Part shown: in pieces, positions 35,844-44,679 of the stretch | How the letters are laid out: the number at the start of each line of letters is the position of its first letter | Position numbering within the stretch: position 1 is the first letter of the stretch | IMG/VR virus record: IMGVR_UViG_3300045988_084189 | Coordinates: 25,423 to 89,422 of that record | DNA: 64,000 nucleotides | Origin: a virus | Strand: one strand, 5' to 3' | Made by a program: the position numbers and the translations under genes | The notes under the pieces: model-generated | Told to the model about the DNA's origin: nothing | Database searches by the model: none | What the model saw: only the letters and a program-made list of their open reading frames with translations

Positions 35844-36158
35844 TTATTCAGTTGTATTACAAGTCGAACCTTCATCATAAATGAACGGAGGGTCTCCTGT
35901 ATTCACATACGTTTCTCCATTCCACACGTATTTTTGACCAGTGGAAATTTCGGCGCTTCTCCAATTTGTCACAAATTGCTTATATTTGCATCCTAGCGTC
36001 GTTTCTACACATTCAGGCCAATTTGCATTTTCTCTTAGTTGTTTATATTCTGCTTCAGCTCGTTTTACATCTTCACTAAATTTGCAAATGCGCCAATTCG
36101 AGCATCCATCGCATACTGACACGCTAACTTTATCATTTAGTAACATATAACGTACCAT
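35844..36158 (-). CDS. hypothetical Cys-rich protein
   Basis: 104 aa ORF. Confidence 0.55.
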   Translation of the reverse strand: MVRYMLLNDKVSVSVCDGCSNWRICKFSEDVKRAEAEYKQLRENANWPECVETTLGCKYKQFVTNWRSAEISTGQKYVWNGETYVNTGDPPFIYDEGSTCNTTE

Positions 36159-36396
36159 CCTTATTTAATCTTGGCGTGATAGCAGTACCTCTAGGATAAC
36201 CACGTGCTTCGCCGCCAACGACGATATAATTAACGCCTGTTTCTTCATCTACTACTGTCAGCACATCATATGAGCCATTAGTGTTCTCAGCCCAAATCTT
36301 GATCGGACGATTCTGCTCTGCTCCAACCATCGTAACGCTGCAAGCACCAAGAACGACACATAAAATCATGCAAGCAATAATTGCAATTCGCTTCAT
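36133..36396 (-). CDS. small lipoprotein
   Basis: Signal peptide with lipobox: MKRIAIIACMILCVVLGAC. Confidence 0.55.
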   Translation of the reverse strand: MKRIAIIACMILCVVLGACSVTMVGAEQNRPIKIWAENTNGSYDVLTVVDEETGVNYIVVGGEARGYPRGTAITPRLNKDGTLYVTK

Positions 36397-36663
36397 CTAT
36401 TCTTTCTCCTTTCGTTTTTCAATCGCTTTCTTTACTTTATCCTTACATTCATCAGGCACTCCATATCCATCTGCAAATCCACCCATTTCCATTAGATTAT
36501 CTGGCGCATCTCTGAACATCCTGAGAAAAGCCATATAATCCTTTCCGGTTGTTAGCTTATATGCTTTCATTTGTTGTTCATGACGCTCCAACCAATCCAC
36601 TACATCACGCAACGCTTTACGATATGCTTTGATGTATTGCAGTGGGATTTCGTTAGTATTCAT
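36397..36663 (-). CDS. hypothetical protein
   Basis: 88 aa ORF. Confidence 0.55.
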   Translation of the reverse strand: MNTNEIPLQYIKAYRKALRDVVDWLERHEQQMKAYKLTTGKDYMAFLRMFRDAPDNLMEMGGFADGYGVPDECKDKVKKAIEKRKEKE

Positions 36664-36989
36664 ACTGGTTTCACCACCATCAATGTTCCGCGCAAAATTC
36701 CATCATCTTCATATTCATATTTAATACAATTTCCATCTTTGATACCTTCCATTAAGTCGTTGAAAATATGTGCTTTAGCCAGTTCTATGCTAACTTGTGG
36801 GTCGATATGTCCAATAGAATCAACCCAATATTGTGATCTAATCATTTCAACAGGTCTTGTTATTTCAATAAGAGTTCGCTTATATTCATTACATTTGATA
36901 CATGGCGCGACACAACCGCCCAATTTTCTAATTAGCCAACATTTGAATTTAGTCCACATTTTTCTTTCTCCTATAATTACAAAATCCAT
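36660..36989 (-). CDS. hypothetical protein
   Basis: 109 aa ORF. Confidence 0.55.
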   Translation of the reverse strand: MDFVIIGERKMWTKFKCWLIRKLGGCVAPCIKCNEYKRTLIEITRPVEMIRSQYWVDSIGHIDPQVSIELAKAHIFNDLMEGIKDGNCIKYEYEDDGILRGTLMVVKPV

Positions 36990-37203
36990 TTGGTTCAGGG
37001 TCGTCTAATCCAAATGGATTAAGACAATATGGTACATTTTCGTCATTTAATCTAAAATATTCACAATCTTGACATCTCACTACCTGAATCGCGTCAACAG
37101 TCGAGCAATTTTGTAGAAAGTTGAGAATACTGTGTCGTTCTTTTGCATCAAGAATGTGTTCAGACACCCACTTAGCTTCTTCATCAGCATCAATCAGCCG
37201 CAT
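36949..37203 (-). CDS. hypothetical protein
   Basis: 84 aa ORF. Confidence 0.5.
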   Translation of the reverse strand: MRLIDADEEAKWVSEHILDAKERHSILNFLQNCSTVDAIQVVRCQDCEYFRLNDENVPYCLNPFGLDDPEPNGFCNYRRKKNVD

Positions 37204-37206
37204 TTA

Positions 37207-37485
37207 TTAATCCTCCATATCTTTTACAGGATTACCTTCTCTGTCTGTAAGCACACACCAGCGTTTTACCTCTTCCCATTGAATATAATCCATATAACTT
37301 TCTGTTTCCCAACATTCTAACAGATTGTTGTAACAAGCGACAATAAAATCATCATCGTTATGTGAATACAAACTATTTGGGATTTCTTTCGTTTGTAAGA
37401 TATGATATGCCCCACTAACAGGCCAAGCGTTGTCTTTGGATGGATACCACCCATCATCTTTAAGCGTTGGATGATGCCAAATCAT
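37207..37485 (-). CDS. hypothetical protein
   Basis: 92 aa ORF. Confidence 0.55.
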   Translation of the reverse strand: MIWHHPTLKDDGWYPSKDNAWPVSGAYHILQTKEIPNSLYSHNDDDFIVACYNNLLECWETESYMDYIQWEEVKRWCVLTDREGNPVKDMED

Positions 37486-37667
37486 TTATCAATTCTCCTG
37501 TTCCATGCTTCCATTGCATCGATTTTTCTAAAATAATCCTGTGTCTCTACGTTACAATTTGCGCATTTAACATGATACGTTTCGCCAGTATCCCAAAATG
37601 AATCTTTTATTCTAATAATGTCAATCGATTTACAGCCGCAGAACGGACACGGCTTCAGTCTAATCAT
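37482..37667 (-). CDS. Lar-like (restriction-alleviation family) small zinc protein
   Basis: LKPCPFCG...CANC...AMEAWNRR pattern in 61 aa. Confidence 0.5.
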   Translation of the reverse strand: MIRLKPCPFCGCKSIDIIRIKDSFWDTGETYHVKCANCNVETQDYFRKIDAMEAWNRRIDK

Positions 37668-37670
37668 TTA

Positions 37671-38087
37671 TCAATCAATCCTTTCTTCAGCAATTCCATC
37701 AGCTGTACTATAACAAATATGCTTAATTCCCAATTCTTTTATATATTTCATACAAGCAGGACATGGACGCGCCATTGCCTTATTGCCATTTGCATATTCA
37801 CGATATACATACAGCGTTGATTTGCTAAAATCAATATCCAGATATTTTACTTTACTTAATGCCCTGATTTCAGCATGGAGCGAATTTACCACGCCGCTCT
37901 GATTTGGGTCAAATTCACGCTCTGCATTAAGCCGCTTCTGCAATGGGCTTGTTTTGGTGCTATTGCATCCAGTAGCAAGCAATACGCCCTTATAGTACAG
38001 AGCTGCGCCAAGATGGTATCTAGGAAATTCAGATTCTTTGCTTGCTCTACAAGATGATTCAATGCCGCGCTTAGTTCTCTGGTTCAT
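37671..38087 (-). CDS. dCMP / cytidine deaminase family protein
   Basis: HAE(IRAL) and PCPAC zinc-binding motifs. Confidence 0.85.
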   Translation of the reverse strand: MNQRTKRGIESSCRASKESEFPRYHLGAALYYKGVLLATGCNSTKTSPLQKRLNAEREFDPNQSGVVNSLHAEIRALSKVKYLDIDFSKSTLYVYREYANGNKAMARPCPACMKYIKELGIKHICYSTADGIAEERID

Positions 38088-38308
38088 TCCTTTTCTTCCA
38101 GTTCTCTAATCAATCTGTCAATATACCATTTTGCCTTTTTGACATCTTCAATGCCATTCTTTTCTTCATAACGAAATAGATACTTGATAGCATTTCCTGC
38201 ACAAAACGCTTCAATCCCTACTTTTCCAACTATTGCAGATTTAATACAATCAATACATTCTATTTCGCCTTTAACATAATGATTAGGATGATTTACATTA
38301 TCGTTCAT
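38084..38308 (-). CDS. DUF3310-like phage protein
   Basis: NHPNHY...IECID...GNAIKYLFRY pattern. Start moved to ATG 38308. Confidence 0.6.
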   Translation of the reverse strand: MNDNVNHPNHYVKGEIECIDCIKSAIVGKVGIEAFCAGNAIKYLFRYEEKNGIEDVKKAKWYIDRLIRELEEKE

Positions 38309-38795
38309 ATTTATATCTCCATTTATAACCGCCAGCAGTTTTTGAAAACCCACGACAACAATTACTAATTGAACCTTGTCTAATGCCAGTCTCTTTTTCT
38401 GCTTCTATTTGATTTGTAAATTCTTTTACAAAATTATTTTCTTTATCAAACATAATTACAGGAACGTATGTTTTACTTGTTCTATTACCGTAATTGACAT
38501 TGTACTTTCTTGTACACCATTCTAAGTTATTGACATTATTGTTTGAATGATCGTCATCCTTGTGATTTACTTCTGGTAAATTATTTGGGTTTGGAATAAA
38601 TTCTTGAGCAACAAGTCTATGAACAGCAAACGTTTTCCATTCGTTAATATTTGTATATAATCTAACTCTCTTATATCCATGATGACTGTTTATAAGTTTT
38701 AACAACTTTTTACGTTTTACTGAATAGACTTGTCCAAAATTACTAATTCTATACAACCCTTCGTATCCATGAATATCTTTCCAAGTTTCTTCCAT
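38298..38795 (-). CDS. free-standing HNH homing endonuclease (NUMOD4-type N-terminus)
   Basis: WKDIHGYEGLYRISNFGQV and HKDDDHSNNNVNNLEW motifs. Has its own promoter. Confidence 0.85.
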   Translation of the reverse strand: MEETWKDIHGYEGLYRISNFGQVYSVKRKKLLKLINSHHGYKRVRLYTNINEWKTFAVHRLVAQEFIPNPNNLPEVNHKDDDHSNNNVNNLEWCTRKYNVNYGNRTSKTYVPVIMFDKENNFVKEFTNQIEAEKETGIRQGSISNCCRGFSKTAGGYKWRYKYER

Positions 38796-38899
38796 ATTTT
38801 TATCTTCCCCTTTTAAGATTTATTAAGAACATAGCTTCAAGAAAGGGCTTGATTATCTCATAGATTAGCTATTTCTATGTTCCCTATGTTTTTTTATAT

Positions 38900-38928
38900 A
38901 TTATATCACATTTGAATTGAAATGTCAA
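38900..38928 (-). promoter_or_regulatory. sigma-70/sigma-A type promoter (TTGACA-N17-TATAAT)
   Basis: Reverse complement reads TTGACA (38928-38923), 17 bp, then TATAAT (38905-38900). The leader contains the 8-bp helix GAACATAG/CTATGTTC. Confidence 0.7.
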
Positions 38929-38933
38929 TAGTT

Positions 38934-39197
38934 TTATTTATTTGATTTATTTATAAAAATTTCTACATTGCTATCAAACAAATCAAACAAACGACGCATT
39001 TCTTCAATAATATTTTTATGATGATTCACCATATCAGCATCAGGCTCTTTGTCGCAGCATTTAGCTTCAGCGTTTTCACAAGCCATTGGGTCTAGCTCTT
39101 TATACCAGCCATAGATTTTATCAAGCATCTCATCGTCCATTTCATCAAATGCGCAAGAATAGTCATCTGTAAATTCGTCCGTTTCTTTATCATACAT
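38934..39197 (-). CDS. hypothetical acidic protein
   Basis: 87 aa ORF. Confidence 0.5.
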   Translation of the reverse strand: MYDKETDEFTDDYSCAFDEMDDEMLDKIYGWYKELDPMACENAEAKCCDKEPDADMVNHHKNIIEEMRRLFDLFDSNVEIFINKSNK

Positions 39198-39297
39198 ATT
39201 TTTTTAATTCACACTCATCACAAGTGTCGCCACAATGATCACAATACCATTCAAGCGCATCAATTTTTTCTCTTCTTGTCATATTTATTCATCCTCC

Positions 39298-39513
39298 TTA
39301 TCCATTTACCATTACATTATCAAGCGCTTCATATAGTGTCCAATCTTCATCTGATTTAATTTTAATTTGCTCGAATGGGCGATATTCAAGCTTATCTGGC
39401 ACTTCATACCGCCAGTCACAATCTAGGCAAGCCCATACATCAATAGGCGGCAATGTACAAATACAAGTATGGTAAATGTCGCCACCGCATTTAGGGCAAG
39501 TATAGATAATCAT
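39298..39513 (-). CDS. small zinc-ribbon protein
   Basis: CPKCGG...CLDC. Confidence 0.5.
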   Translation of the reverse strand: MIIYTCPKCGGDIYHTCICTLPPIDVWACLDCDWRYEVPDKLEYRPFEQIKIKSDEDWTLYEALDNVMVNG

Positions 39514-39813
39514 TTATTCATCCTCCATTTCTTTCTTCGCCATTTTGACAATATTTGCGGCTTCTTCTTTTGTCAAGTTATCGTCAAAAGCACAACCCAC
39601 ATCTGAGATAACTAAATCGAGACCATATCCTCCATCCCACGGGTCGATATAGATATTATCTGCATAATATCTTAGAAATTCCTCAAATGTGTCAAATGCG
39701 CCAATTTCATAATCACTGTCACCACATTGCTCACAATATAATTCATCAGATGGGATATAATCATTTGATGTGTAAAGTCCTCCAAGATGACTTTCATATA
39801 CATATACACTCAT
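39514..39813 (-). CDS. hypothetical acidic protein
   Basis: 99 aa ORF with an AGGAGG RBS. Confidence 0.5.
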   Translation of the reverse strand: MSVYVYESHLGGLYTSNDYIPSDELYCEQCGDSDYEIGAFDTFEEFLRYYADNIYIDPWDGGYGLDLVISDVGCAFDDNLTKEEAANIVKMAKKEMEDE

Positions 39814-40974
39814 TTATTCATCCTCCTCATTTTCATCACAATCTTCATCTACAAAATGGACATCTACATGAAAAATTTCTTTTAGTACATCAATAGCCTC
39901 TTTTGGCTCGATGCGGAAAAATTCTCTATCAGGGTTGACCCGCTCCTTGTCAAAATATTTATGGATATTATTTTCTAGCTCAAAGCAATCATCGCTAAAC
40001 ACAAAGCAATGAGCGTGAAATGGCTCAGGAAGCGATGAACTTGATAGTTCTTTTATTCTGATGCTAGGATTCAATCTGCGTGTACACCCAAGCTTGGTCA
40101 ATCCGGGCAGACTTGGTGATGTGATTACATATAGCCAACCAGCCTTACTATGTAACTCACGATAAGCAATAGAATCGAGCCGCTTATCAATATTAGCTAA
40201 TTGAGATTTAATCCTATTACGTTCATCATCTGTCAGCGCCTTATCAAACGCAATATTCATTGCTTTCTTTTCTTCCAGCAACTTGGCGCGTTCTCTAGCA
40301 ATATCAGCAAGCAACTGTTCTTGTTCTTTTAATCTGCGCTTTTCTTCACGGATTCGCGCCTTTTCTTCTTTCTGCTTGACCTTAATAGCTAAGTTAATAT
40401 CGAGCATATCAAGCCGCGCTTTGACATATTCAGCATTGAGTGCCAATCCGACTTTATTTGCTTTAGACTGATAAGAATTAAATTTATTCTTAATCAATTC
40501 TTTGCTCTTAGCAATATTGCCTGTTGTCACAGATTTTTCTTTGCTGTCAATATATCCCGACATAGCATAGCACAATCCGCGCCCATACACGTCCTGCATT
40601 TCTTTGCCGCGCCTAGCAGAATCATTGAGTGTATATCCTTGTTCAATGCGATATAGCCCAGTATCTACAGCAGATTCAATTTTACTTTGTAGCTCATAGC
40701 GCTTATGTTCAAGTTCATCTAGCGAATCCTGATAATATGGGATATTATAATCCTGCATTTCTTCAATGACATGAATTTTGCCGTTTAGTGCATCAAGGAC
40801 GGATTGAGCCGCTTTTGCAGATCGCATGGTGTTTTCATATTGATGCGCCGCAATTTGCCGATGTTCGTCATAGTTATCAATCTCTGCTTGCATACTAGAA
40901 ATATCTGCTTTGAGTTGAGCAATCTGCTCTTCAAGCTCTTTCTTCTTCTTGTTCAGCTTGAAAGTCTCGAACAT
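39814..40974 (-). CDS. DUF4041-like coiled-coil protein with a C-terminal T5orf172/MUG113 (GIY-YIG-superfamily) domain
   Basis: C-terminus GWLYVITSPSLPGLTKLGCTRRLNPSIRIKELS... and a long coiled-coil N-terminus. Start at ATG 40974 follows AAGGAGG. Confidence 0.65.
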   Translation of the reverse strand: MFETFKLNKKKKELEEQIAQLKADISSMQAEIDNYDEHRQIAAHQYENTMRSAKAAQSVLDALNGKIHVIEEMQDYNIPYYQDSLDELEHKRYELQSKIESAVDTGLYRIEQGYTLNDSARRGKEMQDVYGRGLCYAMSGYIDSKEKSVTTGNIAKSKELIKNKFNSYQSKANKVGLALNAEYVKARLDMLDINLAIKVKQKEEKARIREEKRRLKEQEQLLADIARERAKLLEEKKAMNIAFDKALTDDERNRIKSQLANIDKRLDSIAYRELHSKAGWLYVITSPSLPGLTKLGCTRRLNPSIRIKELSSSSLPEPFHAHCFVFSDDCFELENNIHKYFDKERVNPDREFFRIEPKEAIDVLKEIFHVDVHFVDEDCDENEEDE

Positions 40975-41170
40975 GCTTAGCCGCCTCCTTGCCAAAAATC
41001 TTGTCTATATGCTTATCAAAATCCAACGGATTATTGCTTTTTGCTAAAATCTGCTTAGTGCTGGTATTATATAGCTCGAATTGACCATTGCCGCAATTAT
41101 TGATAATCCAACCAGTATCGCCATATTGGACTACGGCGTTAATTTTCTTTGTTCTTGGCATTTGTTTCAC
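40931..41170 (-). CDS. hypothetical protein
   Basis: 79 aa ORF, the first gene after the promoter at 41182-41210. Confidence 0.5.
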   Translation of the reverse strand: MKQMPRTKKINAVVQYGDTGWIINNCGNGQFELYNTSTKQILAKSNNPLDFDKHIDKIFGKEAAKHVRDFQAEQEEERA

Positions 41171-41181
41171 CTCACGCTATG

Positions 41182-41210
41182 ATTATATCATATCAATTTG
41201 CACTTGTCAA
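41182..41210 (-). promoter_or_regulatory. sigma-70/sigma-A type promoter (TTGACA-N17-TATAAT)
   Basis: Reverse complement reads TTGACA (41210-41205), 17 bp, then TATAAT (41187-41182). Confidence 0.75.
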
Positions 41211-41242
41211 GCATAATTTTTGATGAATTGATTTTTCACATC

Positions 41243-41290
41243 AATTTAACTATTATCTACGAATGTATATGAGTAGATAATAGTTAAATT
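41243..41290. repeat. perfect 18-bp inverted repeat with a 12-nt loop in the divergent control region
   Basis: AATTTAACTATTATCTAC (41243-60) pairs with GTAGATAATAGTTAAATT (41273-90). Confidence 0.85.
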
Positions 41291-41365
41291 GTAATTATAT
41301 ATACTAATAGATATTATAGCATAGAAAATCTGTAATGTCAATAGAAAAATTTTTTATTTTACTAC

Positions 41366-41394
41366 TTGACAAAGTAATGAATATATGGTATAAT
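41366..41394 (+). promoter_or_regulatory. sigma-70/sigma-A type promoter (TTGACA-N17-TATAAT, TG-extended)
   Basis: TTGACA at 41366-71, a 17 bp spacer ending in TGG, then TATAAT at 41389-94. Confidence 0.75.
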
Positions 41395-41401
41395 ATAGTA
41401 A

Positions 41402-41429
41402 ATAAGTAAATACGTTAGTATTTACTTAT
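41402..41429 (+). terminator. perfect 12-bp hairpin immediately after the first rightward promoter (attenuator or terminator candidate)
   Basis: ATAAGTAAATAC-GTTA-GTATTTACTTAT, followed by the T-rich ACATTATTTCTTTCTTT. Confidence 0.4.
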
Positions 41430-41490
41430 ACATTATTTCTTTCTTTGGTACTTTCTTTCTTAGAATTTATAATTGGAAACAATTAGATAC

Positions 41491-41519
41491 TTGACAAATA
41501 ATCAATCATATGATATAAT
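41491..41519 (+). promoter_or_regulatory. sigma-70/sigma-A type promoter (TTGACA-N17-TATAAT)
   Basis: TTGACA at 41491-96, 17 bp, then TATAAT at 41514-19. Confidence 0.75.
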
Positions 41520-41548
41520 AGCATTAAGCTCAAGGAGGTGGTAAGAAA

Positions 41549-41692
41549 TTGTGGAGCGAAATGAGCTATAACTGGTATGTGTCGGAAGATACAGAACCAG
41601 AAGTATGGGATAATGAATATGAGCCAACTGAGCGTGATTGGGCGCTTTGGATATATGGTAGTTCAGAGAATGAATTAGAGGTGATTTTTTGA
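41549..41692 (+). CDS. small acidic protein (47 aa) translationally coupled to the RNAP gene
   Basis: TTG 41549 lies 7 nt after AAGGAGGTGG. The stop TGA 41690-92 overlaps the TTG start at 41689. Confidence 0.45.
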   Translation: MWSEMSYNWYVSEDTEPEVWDNEYEPTERDWALWIYGSSENELEVIF

Positions 41693-43569
41693 GCCTACAG
41701 ACGCAAATTTATTTGCATTCAGTGGATACGTCATGTTTTTATGATGACAACGAAATGATACTACATAGACGGCTCGTTCGGTTATATTCGTTGCGTAAGC
41801 GATGGAAGGATGATAGCAAGCCAGATTGGCGCATCAAGTCTGTAAATCGTTTGCTCAAAAAAGAAAAGGCGCGATTATCTGAATTGCTTGATGACGCAGT
41901 GAGTCGAAATGTAACTAGAGAATTGCGTCAAGATGCTGTGACCGATAAGACAGTTGTTAATCTATTTGAATCCGATTTAACGCGCAGCTTGGGCCTTGAG
42001 CCGTTCAAGTTGACTGATGAGTTATTCATCATTAACGTATTTTTCTTTCAAGTGTTTAATAATCTAGTTCATCAAGGGTTTATCTACAATGGCGAAAAAT
42101 ATGTGTTCCTTACTGCATCAGCAGGACAGATCAGAACGAAACGAGCAGTATTCGTTAAAGAATCATCGTTTAAGCGCATTGAGCAAAAATTGATGTGCGG
42201 CTTGACCATAGACGAAATCAATGAGCGGGGAGGAATGAACCAGAATAAATTTCTTGCATATTTGGCGCTTATGAACTCTGCTACAGATGTTTGGCAAGAT
42301 TTCGACATTGACAAATCAATCGTAGTAGATGATTGGGAAACGGCTGTTCCGGGATTGGTTGACCATATTGATGGCGTGTCATATGAGATTCGGCGCGAAA
42401 TGACAGAGACGATTATTCCTCATATGGATGGATGCGGCATTATGCTTGATGAAGCAACAAGAATGGTGCGTATGCCATGGGTAAAGGGATTGCTTGTTAC
42501 ATTTCCATTTGATAAATTTATCAAAGAAAAATGCGGCGGAGAAGCGACTGTAACAGATATTTATGGCAATGAGCATAAAATCATAGAGGAAGATATACGG
42601 TATATATTCACAAAGAGCCAATTCAAGCTATGGAAATTTTATGATTCGTGGGATTGCTACAAGGCTCGATTCAAAAATTTTGGATGTAATGCCTGTTATT
42701 GCAATATAGAGGAGTCATACATTCCAAAGAGCCGCATCAACTATCAGATGCTACAGACATTAAGTGATATGACTGATAATGAGATTGACCGCATCATCTC
42801 TAAGACGGCACAAGAGATTGACGATGTTGGCAAAGATTATCAAGTTACTATGAGGCTACTTGGCGCAACAGAGAACAATCGGTATAAATCAGCTATGCAA
42901 GAGGCGTTGTTGATATATCCTGAGTTGTTCAAGGATTCATATAACCGAGAAATTCTGAAGCAGACTAAAAAGAGTCTAGTTAAGCAAGCCAAGGGTGGGC
43001 GGCTTAGAGTAAATGGAAAATATCTTTTCTTAGCGCCTGACCTATATGCGTTTTGCGAATGGCTATTCCTAGGCGAACAAAACCCACAAGGATTACTTGC
43101 AGATGGTGATGTATATACAAACCAATATCGAGACGAAGAAACATTGGCTTGTCTGCGTTCGCCGCATCTATATCGAGAATGGGCAATCAGGACGAATCGG
43201 CGCAGTTTAGAGCTTGATTATTGGTTTGGTGGGACTAAGTGCATATATACTAGTTGCCATGACCTTATTTCTCGTTACCTTATGTTCGACGTAGATGGGG
43301 ATAAGGCTCTAGTGGTAAAAGATAGAACATTGACAAATTGCGCCAAACGCAATATGCAAGATATAGTCCCTCTAGCATATGATCTCAAAAAAGCCAAGGG
43401 CGGCTTGTTAAATCCAGACAGTATGTACAATGGAATGGTCAATGCTTATACTAAGGGCAATATCGGGCCGGTTAGTAATAACATTACAAAAATATGGAAT
43501 AGTGGTGAAATCACACAAGAAGAACTAGATGTAGTAAAATGGCTTTGCTTCGAGAACAACGCTGTGATT
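41689..43569 (+). CDS. YonO/RdRP-like single-subunit RNA polymerase, exon 1
   Basis: MFDVDGDKALVV (DVDGD at 43288-302) followed by GNIGPVSNN. The frame degenerates 12 codons after ...ENNAVI, once inside the intron. Confidence 0.65.
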
Positions 43570-44679
43570 AAGAATCGGTCACCTTACACAGTAATGTGTA
43601 TGTAAAATCTGGTGAACCTACAAATGTAGGGTGTGCGGTCTATGCCGTGCTAACAGGGAAAGCTAAAATGTTTGTTAAAAGATACTAATAGGGAGAGGAG
43701 GTGCCTATGATGAAATTTATTAACGAACAGGCAATGAAAAATGAGATTGGCATTTATAAGATTTCCAACATCGTGTCCGGACGGGTATATGTCGGTCAGA
43801 CCAAAGAACGCTTTCAAAGAAGATATTGGCTACATCAGTGGGAGTTAAGAAATGGATGCCATGACAATAAATATTTGCAGAACGCTTGGAATAAATATGG
43901 AGAAGATAATTTTATATTTGAAGTAATAGAGATTTTACCACGAGAAGAAATAGATGAACGTGAGAGATATTGGATAGCATATTATCGTGAGAACGGTGGT
44001 TGTTATTGTATTCAAGATGGAGGGCAACCAACAAATCTTGGGAAGTATGTATCGCCTGAAGCTCGTAAGAGAGTTGGCGAAATGAACCGACAACGTATGC
44101 TTGGGTCTAAATTGAGCGAAAAGACTAAGCAGAAAATGGCTGAAATTCGTACTGGTAAACACCCGATTAGAAAGAATGATCTAATGACCGAAGATGAGGC
44201 AAGAACTGTTAAAGAAATGCTCGTTGCTGGTTATTCTAGTGGCGATATTGTAAAAATAACAGGCGTGCCATATAAGGGTATAAACAGTATCATATCAAAT
44301 AATAACTATGCGGCCATTAAAGTTGACGGTTGGGATGAATATATTACCAATAGAATGAAATCTGTAAAGCATCGACTTACAAAAGAGCAGATTCTTCAGC
44401 TTGTTGAAGATTCAAAGAACGGAATGAGCAATGAGGAGTTGGCTAAAAAATACAATGTTGGTGAATGCTCAGTGCGCCGTCATATTAGATTAAATAAATA
44501 ACAAACATCATGCTAATCCTGTGCCAAGCCTCGAAAGAGGAAGGTTAAACGACTATCCTGAAAAGGAGTACAGATGGGGCGAAATTCCCCATTTGGAAGT
44601 GCCAGACCCCTTGAATATCAAGGGTGAAGATATAGTCTAAACCCCTAATAAATATCGGGAAACCGAGGGTATATATTAC
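43570..44679 (+). mobile_element. group I intron carrying a GIY-YIG homing endonuclease ORF (boundaries approximate)
   Basis: P1 is GTGATT (43564-69) with GGTCAC (43577-82). P7 is GACTA (44551-55) with TAGTC (44633-37). The hallmark AAGATATAGTC lies at 44627-37. GAAA-tetraloop hairpins sit at 44556-67 and 44656-65. Confidence 0.75.
43707..44501 (+). CDS. intron-encoded GIY-YIG homing endonuclease
   Basis: GIYKISN...GRVYVGQT...RRYWLHQ motif, NUMOD-like repeats (G.K.SE.TK.KM) and a C-terminal HTH. ATG 43707 follows GGAGAGGAGG. Confidence 0.85.
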   Translation: MMKFINEQAMKNEIGIYKISNIVSGRVYVGQTKERFQRRYWLHQWELRNGCHDNKYLQNAWNKYGEDNFIFEVIEILPREEIDERERYWIAYYRENGGCYCIQDGGQPTNLGKYVSPEARKRVGEMNRQRMLGSKLSEKTKQKMAEIRTGKHPIRKNDLMTEDEARTVKEMLVAGYSSGDIVKITGVPYKGINSIISNNNYAAIKVDGWDEYITNRMKSVKHRLTKEQILQLVEDSKNGMSNEELAKKYNVGECSVRRHIRLNK

